NCBI GenBank assembly: GCA_021324515.1
Contig: JAJPIY010000079.1
Coordinates: 10 to 64,009 of the forward strand
Source: Planctomycetota bacterium
Lineage (GTDB): Bacteria > Planctomycetota > Planctomycetia > Gemmatales > Gemmataceae
DNA length: 64,000 nt
Direction of reading: 5' to 3'
Position 1 is the first letter of the stretch; each line of letters starts with the position of its first letter. Positions 15,734 to 24,826 of this stretch are shown here, in pieces. The translations under genes were made by a program, and so were the position numbers. The notes under the pieces are model-generated. The model searched no databases, was not told the DNA's origin, and saw only the letters and a program-made list of their open reading frames with translations.

Positions 15734-17512
15734 ATGTCGTACCGTGCTTTTAAACGCCTGCTCGGGGAGTATCGCCTGGAGCGCAAGTGCCGATTTTTGT
15801 TCGGCTTTTTCATCGTGCTGCTATTGACCGGCAGTTTTTGGCTGTATGCTTGGCAGACTGAATCGCTGGCCTACGATCAGATCAAGACCGCCTGCCGCCT
15901 TACGGTTGTCAATGAGATCGTCAGCCGCCACCTGGCCCTGACAACCCCGCCCGGGCCCGAAGGGTTCGCCGCCCAGATGAAAACCCTCGAAGAAGCCATG
16001 AACGAATTCCGTGACGGCTGGGAACACGAATCGCCTTTGCCCTTTAAGCCCAAAATCAGCATCTTCAAACCCAACGCCACCCATTCGAAAGATATTCCCG
16101 ATACAATTACTCTACAAAAGATCAAAGACTTCCAACAAGATCCCAGCAAGCACGAGGACAACTCCCTGGAATTGTCCAGCAAGCGCAACTACTACTATGG
16201 CGCCGTCCGCGCCACGGCCTCGTGCCTGGAGTGCCATCGCCAACGCCATGCCGACTTGCACGAAGGCGATCTGTTGGCCGTTGTCAAGATTGACGTGGAC
16301 ACGCAGCCCATTGAAGCTGGCTTTCATGTCAATCGCGCCATCCTCATTTCCATTGCTTTTGCCACCACCCTCCTCATCATGGTCGGCAGCTATTTGATCG
16401 TTCGCTACGTCATTGTCAAGCCGGTCAAGCACTTGAAAGAAGTCAGCGACGCCATCAGCGCCGGCGAGTTGAATGTGCGGAGTGAAATCCAAACCGGCGA
16501 CGAGTTTGAAGATCTCAGCCATGCTTTCAACCGCATGTTGCGCAACCTCGTCAGCATGCAAGACCGCCTGCGTAAGGTCAACGCCGACCTCGACCGCAAA
16601 GTTGATGAGTTGGCCCAAGCTAACATGGCCTTGTACGAATCCAACCGCCTTAAAAGCGATTTCTTGGCCACTATGAGCCACGAACTGCGTACGCCGCTCA
16701 ATTCCATTCTCGGCTTCAGCGAAGTATTATTGTCGAGCAACGGCCTAAGTGAAAAGCAGACGCGTTGGGTCGCCAATATCCAATCGAGTGGTCAGCAGCT
16801 GTTGAACCTCATCAACGACATTCTGGATTTGGCCAAGATCGAAGCGGGCAAGATGCAAGTACAGCTAGTGGAATTCAGTATCTACGATGTATGTGACGGC
16901 ATGTTGGCGATGTTCCGCCCCATGGCGGAGAAAAAGAACATCGACCTGCGCGGTCAGTTCGCCCCCGACATTCCGCTGTTGCGTCAGGATGCGGTCAAGG
17001 TGCAGCAGATTTTGTCGAACCTATTGTCCAACGCCATCAAGTTTACGCCGGAGGGCGGCCGTGTGCAGCTCAAGGCCGAGGTCGATCGGCTAGGGACGCC
17101 GTCTGCCGCTGCCGCTTCGTCGCTGCGCTGGAACGGCGGCGGCTACATCGTGCTGACTGTCAGCGACACCGGCGTCGGCATCGCACGGGAAGAGCAGGAG
17201 CTGGTTTTCGAGAAGTTTCGGCAAGCAGGCAATCCGCTGACGCGGCAACACGCCGGCACCGGCCTGGGCCTATCCATCGTCCGCGAATTGTCGAAATTGT
17301 TAGGCGGCGAAGTGTCGCTGCAAAGCGAGTTGGGCCGCGGCAGCACCTTCACCGTCCGTCTGCCGCTGCAATTGAGTGAAGAGCCGCGGCTGGAATTCGA
17401 TCTCACCCATGAAGGAATCGACCTTTCGAAGGCCCAGCGTGTGGATGTACGCTTATACGCCGGCGGCCCGCCGCTGCCGGTCTCGCCTGCGCCCACCGAG
17501 CCGCGATCGTGA
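15734..17512 (+). CDS. Sensor histidine kinase with a periplasmic DUF3365-like c-type-heme domain, HAMP, HisKA and HATPase
   Basis: It has a CxxCH motif (SCLECH) between two TM segments, a HAMP region (KPVKHLKEVSDAISAGE), the H-box MSHELRTPLNSI and N/G boxes (LSNAIKFT, DTGVGI, GTGLGLSIV). Confidence 0.85.
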   Translation: MSYRAFKRLLGEYRLERKCRFLFGFFIVLLLTGSFWLYAWQTESLAYDQIKTACRLTVVNEIVSRHLALTTPPGPEGFAAQMKTLEEAMNEFRDGWEHESPLPFKPKISIFKPNATHSKDIPDTITLQKIKDFQQDPSKHEDNSLELSSKRNYYYGAVRATASCLECHRQRHADLHEGDLLAVVKIDVDTQPIEAGFHVNRAILISIAFATTLLIMVGSYLIVRYVIVKPVKHLKEVSDAISAGELNVRSEIQTGDEFEDLSHAFNRMLRNLVSMQDRLRKVNADLDRKVDELAQANMALYESNRLKSDFLATMSHELRTPLNSILGFSEVLLSSNGLSEKQTRWVANIQSSGQQLLNLINDILDLAKIEAGKMQVQLVEFSIYDVCDGMLAMFRPMAEKKNIDLRGQFAPDIPLLRQDAVKVQQILSNLLSNAIKFTPEGGRVQLKAEVDRLGTPSAAAASSLRWNGGGYIVLTVSDTGVGIAREEQELVFEKFRQAGNPLTRQHAGTGLGLSIVRELSKLLGGEVSLQSELGRGSTFTVRLPLQLSEEPRLEFDLTHEGIDLSKAQRVDVRLYAGGPPLPVSPAPTEPRS

Positions 17513-17594
17513 CACCCCCCCAACAACCCGTAGCCCAAGTACGGGAGCCTTTCGCCCTTATTTGCGCTGCGAAATAGCGAAAAGAGGCGATCCG

Positions 17595-18329
17595 TCATAC
17601 ATATAGCGCATTGGCCGGCGTGATGACCAGTTCGGGGATGCTGGCGCGCGGCGGCAGCGTCGCGATGAACCGTACCGCCGCAGCTACATCTTCCGGTTGT
17701 AACATGGTGTGGCGGCGTTCTTCGCTGACTGGGATAGGTCGTGCTTCCAAGATCGGCGTATTTACTTCGCCGGGATAGATGTTGCACACGCGGATGCCGT
17801 TGTCCTTCTCTTCAGCAGCTAAGCCCATCGCCAGGCCGCGCAGGCCGAATTTTGCCGCATTGTAGGCCAAGCCTCCCAGCGGGTTCGAGCGCTTGCCGGA
17901 AATCGAATTGATGTTGATGATGAGTCCGTCGCGGCGCTGGAGCATTTGCGGCAGCACGGCGCGTATGCAGTAAAACGCCCCGTGCAGGTTTGCTCCCAGC
18001 AGCAAGTGCCAACTCTCCGGCGTTAGTTCGCGGAAAGTGCGTTGCTTGATGTTCAGACCGGCGTTGTTGACCAGGATGTCGATGCGGCCCAGCCGGCGCG
18101 TCGTCTCCTGCACGAGCACTTCAACTTGCTTGCAATCGGTGATGTCGGCGGTGTGATAAAAGAGGCGTTCGCCGGCCTTCAGCTCTTCGGCGGCGCGGCG
18201 GAGTTTGTCTTCCCGGCGGCCGCTGATGGCGACATGTGCTCCTTCGTCCAGGAGCAGCCGGGCTGTCGCCAGCCCAATGCCGCTGCCGCCGCCCGTTACC
18301 AAGACGACTTTTCCTGTTAACTTGCTCAT
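17595..18329 (-). CDS. Short-chain dehydrogenase/reductase (SDR)
   Basis: It has TGGGSGIG, NNAG and YNAAK motifs. An AGAGGGA RBS precedes the ATG at 18329, which lies within ORF 17595..18452. Confidence 0.9.
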   Translation of the reverse strand: MSKLTGKVVLVTGGGSGIGLATARLLLDEGAHVAISGRREDKLRRAAEELKAGERLFYHTADITDCKQVEVLVQETTRRLGRIDILVNNAGLNIKQRTFRELTPESWHLLLGANLHGAFYCIRAVLPQMLQRRDGLIININSISGKRSNPLGGLAYNAAKFGLRGLAMGLAAEEKDNGIRVCNIYPGEVNTPILEARPIPVSEERRHTMLQPEDVAAAVRFIATLPPRASIPELVITPANALYV

Positions 18330-18458
18330 CGTTCCCTCTTTGGAATTTCTACTGCCCTCAGCGGAATGGGGCATAACGAAGTATAGGACCCAATGGGGCC
18401 GCTTCGCAAAGAAGCAGCCGGCTAACCGCTCCCGTGAGTGCGGCCCGGACAAGGGCTT

Positions 18459-19913
18459 TTATAAGGCAGGCGTGAACAATCGGCAGGCATTTTCCAAGGC
18501 GCGCGTGGCCAGCGAGCGTCCTTCCAACGTCTTCTGATCGAGGGGGACGGCGTCGTCGAGATCGCGTTGATACGCCGCCTCCAGCTGTGCCACCTGGTCG
18601 GCGTCGTGTAGGATGCAGCCAATCTCGAAATTTAAATGCAGACTACGGTTGTCCAGATTGGCCGAGCCGACCATGCCCCAGCAGCCGTCCACCATTATCA
18701 TCTTGGCATGCATCATCCCTTTGCGATACAGATAAATGTTCACGCCGTAAGCGAGCAAATCCGCGGCGTAATACATCCCAGCGTAGTAGGAAATATAATG
18801 GTCTGGACGCAACAGCGTCAGGATGCGGACATCGACGCCGCGATAACGGGCCGCACGCAGGGCATCGAATAATCCGTTGTCCGGCACAAGGTACGGGCTG
18901 GATATCCACAAGCGGCGTCGGGCGCTGATGATGGCCAAAAAATAGATCTCTCGGATCGTGTTAAGCTCTTGGTCTGGCCCCGACTCGGCGATCTGCACGC
19001 TCACCTCGCCGGCTGCCGGCTGCGGCGGCGCGTACTTCTCTTCCGGCAAGCATTCGCCGCAAGTGAATTCCCAATCGGAACGGAAAACGCTCTGCAAATC
19101 GGCGACAGCCGGCCCTTCCAGGCGCACGAACGAATCGCGCCAGTAACCCAGGACCGGATTTTTGCCGAGGTAGTCGTCGCCGATGTTCATGCCGCCCGTG
19201 AAACCGATCCGTCCATCGACGACGGTAATCTTGCGATGGTTGCGGAGATTGATGCGGATGAGCGAGTGCAGCGGATTGAGCGGCAGGAAGGCGGCGGCCT
19301 GACCGCCCGATGCCAACAGCGGCCGCAGGCTGCGGCCCTTGAGGTGCAAGCTGCCCATCGCATCGTAGAGCAACCGGACTTCAACGCCTTCCTTGGCTTT
19401 ATGAGCCAGCAGGTCCAGCAAACGGCTGCCGGCGGCATCGGAGCGGAAAATGAAATATTCCAGATGAACATAGTGCCGTGCCCCGGCGATGGCGTTGAGC
19501 AGGGCATTGTAAGCAAGCTCGGTTTCGTGAAATACGGTCAAGGCGTTGCCGCGGCGCAAGGGATAGGCGTTGACGCGCTCCGCCAATTCGGCGAGGTCGT
19601 GCTCGCCTCGGTCGGCCTGGCGAGGAGGTCCGTCCGGGTGCGGAAATGGCTTGCTGCGTCCGCTGCGTTCGCTGCGCTGGCGACGAACGCGATGCAACAA
19701 GTAGTTGTAACCAAAGCCCCAAAAGAGGAACGCCCCCAACAGCGGCACAAAGAGGACCAGCAGGCACCAGGCCACTGCGGCCGTCGCATCTTTTTTGCTC
19801 AGCAACACCCAGGGAAGAAACACCACAATCAGGGCGATGTTGAGCACAGAAAACACCGCGGCAAGATGGGGCCAGTATTCGGATAGCACGGCGCTCATGG
19901 GGATTTGCGGCAC
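18459..19913 (-). CDS. cls: Cardiolipin synthase (PLD superfamily)
   Basis: It has two HKD motifs (HRKITVVDG and HAKMIMVDG) and N-terminal TM helices. The start is either GTG at 19913 or ATG at 19898. Confidence 0.9.
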   Translation of the reverse strand: MPQIPMSAVLSEYWPHLAAVFSVLNIALIVVFLPWVLLSKKDATAAVAWCLLVLFVPLLGAFLFWGFGYNYLLHRVRRQRSERSGRSKPFPHPDGPPRQADRGEHDLAELAERVNAYPLRRGNALTVFHETELAYNALLNAIAGARHYVHLEYFIFRSDAAGSRLLDLLAHKAKEGVEVRLLYDAMGSLHLKGRSLRPLLASGGQAAAFLPLNPLHSLIRINLRNHRKITVVDGRIGFTGGMNIGDDYLGKNPVLGYWRDSFVRLEGPAVADLQSVFRSDWEFTCGECLPEEKYAPPQPAAGEVSVQIAESGPDQELNTIREIYFLAIISARRRLWISSPYLVPDNGLFDALRAARYRGVDVRILTLLRPDHYISYYAGMYYAADLLAYGVNIYLYRKGMMHAKMIMVDGCWGMVGSANLDNRSLHLNFEIGCILHDADQVAQLEAAYQRDLDDAVPLDQKTLEGRSLATRALENACRLFTPAL

Positions 19914-19937
19914 GGAGAGTGTATCCCCCTGCCTATA

Positions 19938-20678
19938 TCACCATTTGTATTCATCTTCAAAGGGGTGGATCGGCCGCGGCGCCTTCGGCTTGGGCCGCGC
20001 TTTCAGGACCGCCTCCGCCAACGTCAGGTCTTCGCGCGTGGTGATTTTGACGTTGGTGGTCGATCCCTGGACGAGATGGACCGGATGGCCCAGCGCCTCA
20101 ACCAACTGCGCATCGTCGGTGATGTCTTGGCCTAGTTGGGCTCGTTTGGCATAGGCTTCGATCAGCCAATCGCGGCGGAACACTTGCGGCGTCTGGGCCA
20201 GCCACAAGCCCTGGCGCGATACCGTCTCCTGGACCCGTCCCTTATCGTCGGCGCGCTTGAGAGTATCCGTCACCGGCACGGCCAACATGGCCGCTCCCGT
20301 CTTGGCCGCGCTGGCAAAGACGCTCTCGATCAGCTCCGCCGTCAGGCAGGGACGAGCCGCGTCATGGATAGCGACAAAGTCGGCTTCCTCCTGGACCTTG
20401 GCCAAGGCGTTGGCCACGGAATCGAAACGCTCTTTGCCGCCGTCTACGAGTTGCACATTCATGAAGGCCAAGTTGGCCTGATAACGGCGGCGAAACGTCT
20501 CTTGGTCCTCCGGAGCGACGACGATGAGACACTGGCACACATCGTCGCGGGTGACGAACAATTCGGCGCAGCGCATCCAGACCGCACGGCCGTCGAGGTT
20601 GGCGAAGGGTTTCTTTTCCCGATCGCGGAAGCGCGACGATTTGCCGGCGGCCGGCAAGATGACAGCAAAACGTGGCAT
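19938..20678 (-). CDS. ispD: 2-C-methyl-D-erythritol 4-phosphate cytidylyltransferase
   Basis: It has AVILPAAGKSSRF, AIHDAARP and TDD motifs. The ATG at 20678 lies within ORF 19938..20735. Confidence 0.85.
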   Translation of the reverse strand: MPRFAVILPAAGKSSRFRDREKKPFANLDGRAVWMRCAELFVTRDDVCQCLIVVAPEDQETFRRRYQANLAFMNVQLVDGGKERFDSVANALAKVQEEADFVAIHDAARPCLTAELIESVFASAAKTGAAMLAVPVTDTLKRADDKGRVQETVSRQGLWLAQTPQVFRRDWLIEAYAKRAQLGQDITDDAQLVEALGHPVHLVQGSTTNVKITTREDLTLAEAVLKARPKPKAPRPIHPFEDEYKW

Positions 20679-20703
20679 GGCGAAGCTCCCCCTTGGCCCG
20701 CCC

Positions 20704-20741
20704 GAAACGTAAGCAAAGGCTGGAAACGTAAGCAAAGGCTG
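20704..20741. repeat. Tandem 19-nt direct repeat (x2), followed by a hairpin
   Basis: gaaacgtaagcaaaggctg occurs at 20704-20722 and 20723-20741. The second copy pairs with the downstream gccttccggcctttgc. Confidence 0.85.
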
Positions 20742-20769
20742 GCCTTCCGGCCTTTGCCTGCGCTCCGGG

Positions 20770-20793
20770 CCGGTATGGAATCCGGTATGGAAT
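20770..20793. repeat. Tandem 12-nt direct repeat (x2)
   Basis: ccggtatggaat is repeated head-to-tail in the ispD/tig divergent intergenic region. Confidence 0.85.
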
Positions 20794-20924
20794 ATTGTAT
20801 CAGCCGGAACACCCAGGCGGAGGGCTTCTTTCTTGTCCGCTGCCTTCTAGAATACATTAGCTACGCTGCTCGGAAGAGGCGCTGGGCGCCCCGTGCAGCG
20901 ATCCGGGTTTTAAGGTAGGACATC

Positions 20925-22430
20925 ATGACGGACGAAAAAACTTCTCCAGACACCGCCCAGCCAGAGCGTGGCGAGGTTACGGCCACTGCGGAGGCGCCGG
21001 TCAAGCTCCAGCAATATGTTGAGATCCGGGACGTTGGTCCGTGCAAAAAGCACATCAAGGTCACCATCGAACGCAAGGACATCGACGAGCGTTTCCAGGA
21101 AAAAATCAACGAGTTGGCCATCGATGCCAACGTGTCGGGTTTTCGGCCTGGCAAAGCGCCGCGCCGCATTGTCGAACGCCGCTTTCACAAAGAAGTGGCC
21201 GATCAGGTCAAGAGCGAGGTGTTGCTGGCTAGCTTGCAGCAACTCGCCGAGGATTACGACCTTGCGCCGTTGAGCGCTCCCAACATTGACCCCTTTAACA
21301 TCGAGTTGCCCCGCCAGGGACCGCTGGTCTACGAGTTCGAGGTCGAGGTTCGGCCGCACTTCGAACTCCCCAATTACAAGGGGCTGAAGATCCGCCGGCC
21401 TGTCCACACCTTCACGGACGAAGAAGTGATTCAGGAAGAACGCCGGCTGCTGACCCCCTATGGGCAGATCGTGCCCAAGCCGGAGGGAGACGCCCAGATC
21501 GGCGATTTAGTGGTCGCCGATGCCGTCATCAAGGCGGGCGAGCGCGAGATTGGCAAGCTGCACGAGGCAACCCTGCGCGTCAACAAGCAACTCGCCTTCA
21601 AAGACGGCCTCGCTGTCCATTTTGCCGAGCAGATCAAGGGCGCCAAGGTCGGCGACGTGCGTGAAGTGGACATCAAGCTGTCCAGCGCCGCGGCCGATCC
21701 CTCGCTGCGTGGCCAATTGGTCAAAGCTATACTTACTATAAAGGATGTTAAAACGGTTATATTGCCCGAATTGACACCCGAGTTCCTGCGCACAACATTC
21801 GGCGTCCGATCGCCGGAGCAGCTGCGCGAATTGGTCCGGTTTGTCCTCCAGCGCCGTTTGGAGTATCAGCAGCGGCAGGAGGCCCGCAAGCAGGTGATGG
21901 AGTACATCACCACGGTTTCCACCTGGGAATTGCCTCCGGAACTTCTGCGCCGCCAAGCCCATCAGGCCATGGCGCGCAAGATCGTGGAGATGCGGGCCGA
22001 GGGCATCTCCGACGAAGAAATCCAGGCCCGACGCCGTTTGCTCGAACAGGACATCTTAGAGAGCACCGCCCAGGCGCTCAAGGAGCATTTCGTCCTTCAG
22101 AAAATCGCGGAAGTCGAGAAGATCGATATTACCGATGACGATCTGAATGCGGAAATCGAACGTATCGCCGAACAACAAGGCGAATCGCCACGCCGCGTCC
22201 GCGCGCGGCTGGAACGCGAGGACCTGCTCGATGCCTTGGCTGCCGAGATGATCGAACGCGCGGCACTCGACCTGATCCTCAACAATGCCGAATATGAGGA
22301 TGTGCCTCTGGAGGAGGAAGCACAACCGGCGGTATCGATAGTCGAAGCGCAAGCCGTTCCGGGCGAGATCCACGATCCCACGGCGGAACCTCCGGCAGAA
22401 GAGGCCAACCCGCCGTCGGCGAACCCATAG
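20925..22430 (+). CDS. tig: Trigger factor
   Basis: It has the ribosome-binding signature GFRPGKAPRRIVERRF, an FKBP-like middle domain and a long acidic C-terminus. 501 aa. Confidence 0.9.
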   Translation: MTDEKTSPDTAQPERGEVTATAEAPVKLQQYVEIRDVGPCKKHIKVTIERKDIDERFQEKINELAIDANVSGFRPGKAPRRIVERRFHKEVADQVKSEVLLASLQQLAEDYDLAPLSAPNIDPFNIELPRQGPLVYEFEVEVRPHFELPNYKGLKIRRPVHTFTDEEVIQEERRLLTPYGQIVPKPEGDAQIGDLVVADAVIKAGEREIGKLHEATLRVNKQLAFKDGLAVHFAEQIKGAKVGDVREVDIKLSSAAADPSLRGQLVKAILTIKDVKTVILPELTPEFLRTTFGVRSPEQLRELVRFVLQRRLEYQQRQEARKQVMEYITTVSTWELPPELLRRQAHQAMARKIVEMRAEGISDEEIQARRRLLEQDILESTAQALKEHFVLQKIAEVEKIDITDDDLNAEIERIAEQQGESPRRVRARLEREDLLDALAAEMIERAALDLILNNAEYEDVPLEEEAQPAVSIVEAQAVPGEIHDPTAEPPAEEANPPSANP

Positions 22431-22443
22431 AATAAAGTTCACA

Positions 22444-22499
22444 GAGCGGGAGGTGTAAGCCTTCGGAGAGCTTGCTCAGAGGGCTTACGCCTCCCGCTC
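22444..22499 (+). terminator. 18-bp stem / 20-nt loop hairpin between tig and clpP (terminator or attenuator candidate)
   Basis: gagcgggaggtgtaagcc (22444-22461) pairs with ggcttacgcctcccgctc (22482-22499), with one G-U pair. No T-tract follows. Confidence 0.4.
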
Positions 22500-22522
22500 A
22501 GGCGGAAATTCAGGAGTTTGCA

Positions 22523-23167
22523 ATGTTTGATCCGTTTAATCCTTTCAACCTGCGTAATCAGCGCTATCGGGAATATACACGGCAACGGCAATATGGGACC
22601 ACAGATATTCTGCTGGACAACCGTGTCATTTTTTTCGGTTGTTCCAGCGGCAATATCTATGAGCCGGTCATTACGGACATGACGGCCAATCTCGTGATCC
22701 AGCAATTGCTCTATCTGCAATATGAGAACCGTAATCAGGACATTCATTTTTATATCAACTCGCCCGGCGGCTCCGTGACGGCCACGTTGGCCATTTACGA
22801 TACCATGCAGTTTCTGGAATGTCCCATCAACACCTATTGCATGGGCATTTGCGCCAGTGGAGCGGCCATCCTCTTAACGGCCGGCACCAAGGGCAAACGC
22901 TTCGCCCTGCCGCACGCCAAGGTCATGATCCATCAACCCTGGAGCCAGGGGATCGGCGGCCAGGCCTCGGACGTCGAGATCGAAATGAAAGAGATCCTCA
23001 AGGAGAAAAGACGTCTCAACGAGATCCTGGCCCATCATACGGGCCGGTCCCTCAACGAAATCGAAGCAGAAACCGAACGCAATCGCTACTTCACGGCTCA
23101 GGAAGCCAAGGATTTCGGCCTGGTCGATGAAGTGTTGGCCAAGATGACCAGTGAGAAAAAGTCCTGA
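22523..23167 (+). CDS. clpP: ClpP-family protease subunit, variant paralog (Ser-His-Asn)
   Basis: It has [17 protein letters not shown] (Ser) and VMIHQP (His). It reads ETERNRYF where canonical ClpP has DTDRDNF, so Asn replaces the catalytic Asp. It also has an N-terminal extension. Confidence 0.85.
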   Translation: MFDPFNPFNLRNQRYREYTRQRQYGTTDILLDNRVIFFGCSSGNIYEPVITDMTANLVIQQLLYLQYENRNQDIHFYINSPGGSVTATLAIYDTMQFLECPINTYCMGICASGAAILLTAGTKGKRFALPHAKVMIHQPWSQGIGGQASDVEIEMKEILKEKRRLNEILAHHTGRSLNEIEAETERNRYFTAQEAKDFGLVDEVLAKMTSEKKS

Positions 23168-23286
23168 ATCGACCCGTCCGTCGCGCCAGCGAAGGAAGGG
23201 TAGTTCGTTTCCTGAAATTCCTTATTTTATCTCAACCCGACAGCCGATGAACAAAGGCGAGCCGGGTTGGCTTGGAGATCGGTGCT

Positions 23287-23901
23287 ATGCCACTCGTGCC
23301 GTATGTTGTGGAGCGGAGCGGTCGTGAAGAACGGGTTTTTGATATTTACAGCCGTCTCCTTAAAGACCGGATCATCTTCCTGCAAGGAGAAATCGACGAT
23401 GATAGTGCCAATTTGATTGTGGCGCAATTGTTGTACTTGCAGTTTGAAGATCCCGAAAAGGACATTCAGCTGTACATTAATTCGCCGGGCGGTTCGGTGA
23501 CGGCGGGCATGGCCATCTACGATACCATGCACTACATCACCTGTGATGTGGCGACCTATTGTGTGGGCATGGCCGCCAGTATGGCTGCGACATTATTGGC
23601 CGCTGGCACCAAAGGTAAACGTCATGCCCTGCCGCATGCCGAAGTGATGATTCATCAGGTGCTTGGTGGCGCCCGGGGCCCTGCCACCGACATCGAAATC
23701 CGCACCCGCCATCTGCTCCGCACCAAAAAGCTCATGAATGAGCTGCTGCAAAAGCTCACCGGACAGTCGTTGGAACGCATCGAACGCGACACGGATCGTG
23801 ACAACTACATGACAGCGCGTGAGGCCCAGGAATATGGCCTGGTTGATGTCGTTCTGGAGCGTTTGCCGCCTGGACAGGTCGTCCCGAAGCCCCAAGGTTA
23901 G
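23287..23901 (+). CDS. clpP: ATP-dependent Clp protease proteolytic subunit (canonical triad)
   Basis: It has [42 protein letters not shown] and [23 protein letters not shown]. Confidence 0.9.
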   Translation: MPLVPYVVERSGREERVFDIYSRLLKDRIIFLQGEIDDDSANLIVAQLLYLQFEDPEKDIQLYINSPGGSVTAGMAIYDTMHYITCDVATYCVGMAASMAATLLAAGTKGKRHALPHAEVMIHQVLGGARGPATDIEIRTRHLLRTKKLMNELLQKLTGQSLERIERDTDRDNYMTAREAQEYGLVDVVLERLPPGQVVPKPQG

Positions 23902-23960
23902 CCGCGATTGTAGGCGAAACAGCGGTTATTCCAGGACACTGCATCCAAGGATTCGGCATC

Positions 23961-24755
23961 ATGCGCTGCTTCGTGGCTTGCTGCTTAGCTCTGTCGTTGA
24001 TGATAGCGGCCAGCGGGTGTCGGAGCTGCGAGCGCGTGGAAAGTGAGCTGCGCGCCCGCGAAGACGACGTTCGCCAACTGCGTGAAGAACTCGACCGTTG
24101 CGGCGTCTACAATCAGACCTTGCAGCAAGAGGTATTGGCGTTGCGCGGCCAGTTGGGGATGCCTCCTCACGGCCCTCCAGCCGCCGCTTATCCGGTGCAA
24201 TCCCTGATGCTCGGCCGGCAGACCGGCGGCCGCAGCAATGACATTTGCTCCGGCGACGACGCCTTACAAGTTCAGGTCGAGCCGCGCGATCCAGACGGAC
24301 ACGTCATCAAAGCGCCCGGACAATTGCTTATCTTGGCCCAAGAGATCACGCCCGAAGGGACCAAGCGGCCGTTGTCGTCGTGGATGATTCCTCCAGAGCA
24401 ATTGCGGAAAACGTGGGTCAATGGGCTGCTGACCACGGGCTACCTGTTGAACTTGCCGTGGAAGATTTGGCCGTCTACGGAAAAACTGCGCATCACCGCC
24501 CAGTTCCAACTCGCCGATGGCCGCGTCTTCGAGGCCGACCGCGATGTCACCGTTCGCTTAACGCCCCCTAGCCAGCGGCCCGCTGCGGCGCCAGCGCCCA
24601 CTCCCGCGCCTTCGCCACCCGCAGGGGAAAAGGGGCCGATGCTGTTGCCTGCCCCACGCCTCATCGATCCTGCCCCGCCTGACACACCGGCCCCGTCTGA
24701 GCTTCCGCTGGAGCCGACCGCTGCCGAGGTCCTCCGCCCTCTGCCGATCAAATAA
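23961..24755 (+). CDS. Hypothetical lipoprotein with a coiled-coil region and a proline-rich tail
   Basis: It has the lipobox LMIAASGC, a heptad-like region (ESELRAREDDVRQLREELDRC) and the C-terminal PAAAPAPTPAPSPPAGE. Confidence 0.6.
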   Translation: MRCFVACCLALSLMIAASGCRSCERVESELRAREDDVRQLREELDRCGVYNQTLQQEVLALRGQLGMPPHGPPAAAYPVQSLMLGRQTGGRSNDICSGDDALQVQVEPRDPDGHVIKAPGQLLILAQEITPEGTKRPLSSWMIPPEQLRKTWVNGLLTTGYLLNLPWKIWPSTEKLRITAQFQLADGRVFEADRDVTVRLTPPSQRPAAAPAPTPAPSPPAGEKGPMLLPAPRLIDPAPPDTPAPSELPLEPTAAEVLRPLPIK

Positions 24756-24826
24756 GATCGCTTATATCGATTATACGCCCCAAGAGTCGTGGGATTTTTT
24801 CTCCTTCCTGAGAGAAAACGGCCTCG

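Noticed and set aside
24756-24826. A possible rho-independent terminator (cccaagagtcgtggg attttttc) lies after the lipoprotein gene.
   Set aside because: The stem is only about 3-4 bp with mismatches, which is too weak to call despite the T-run.
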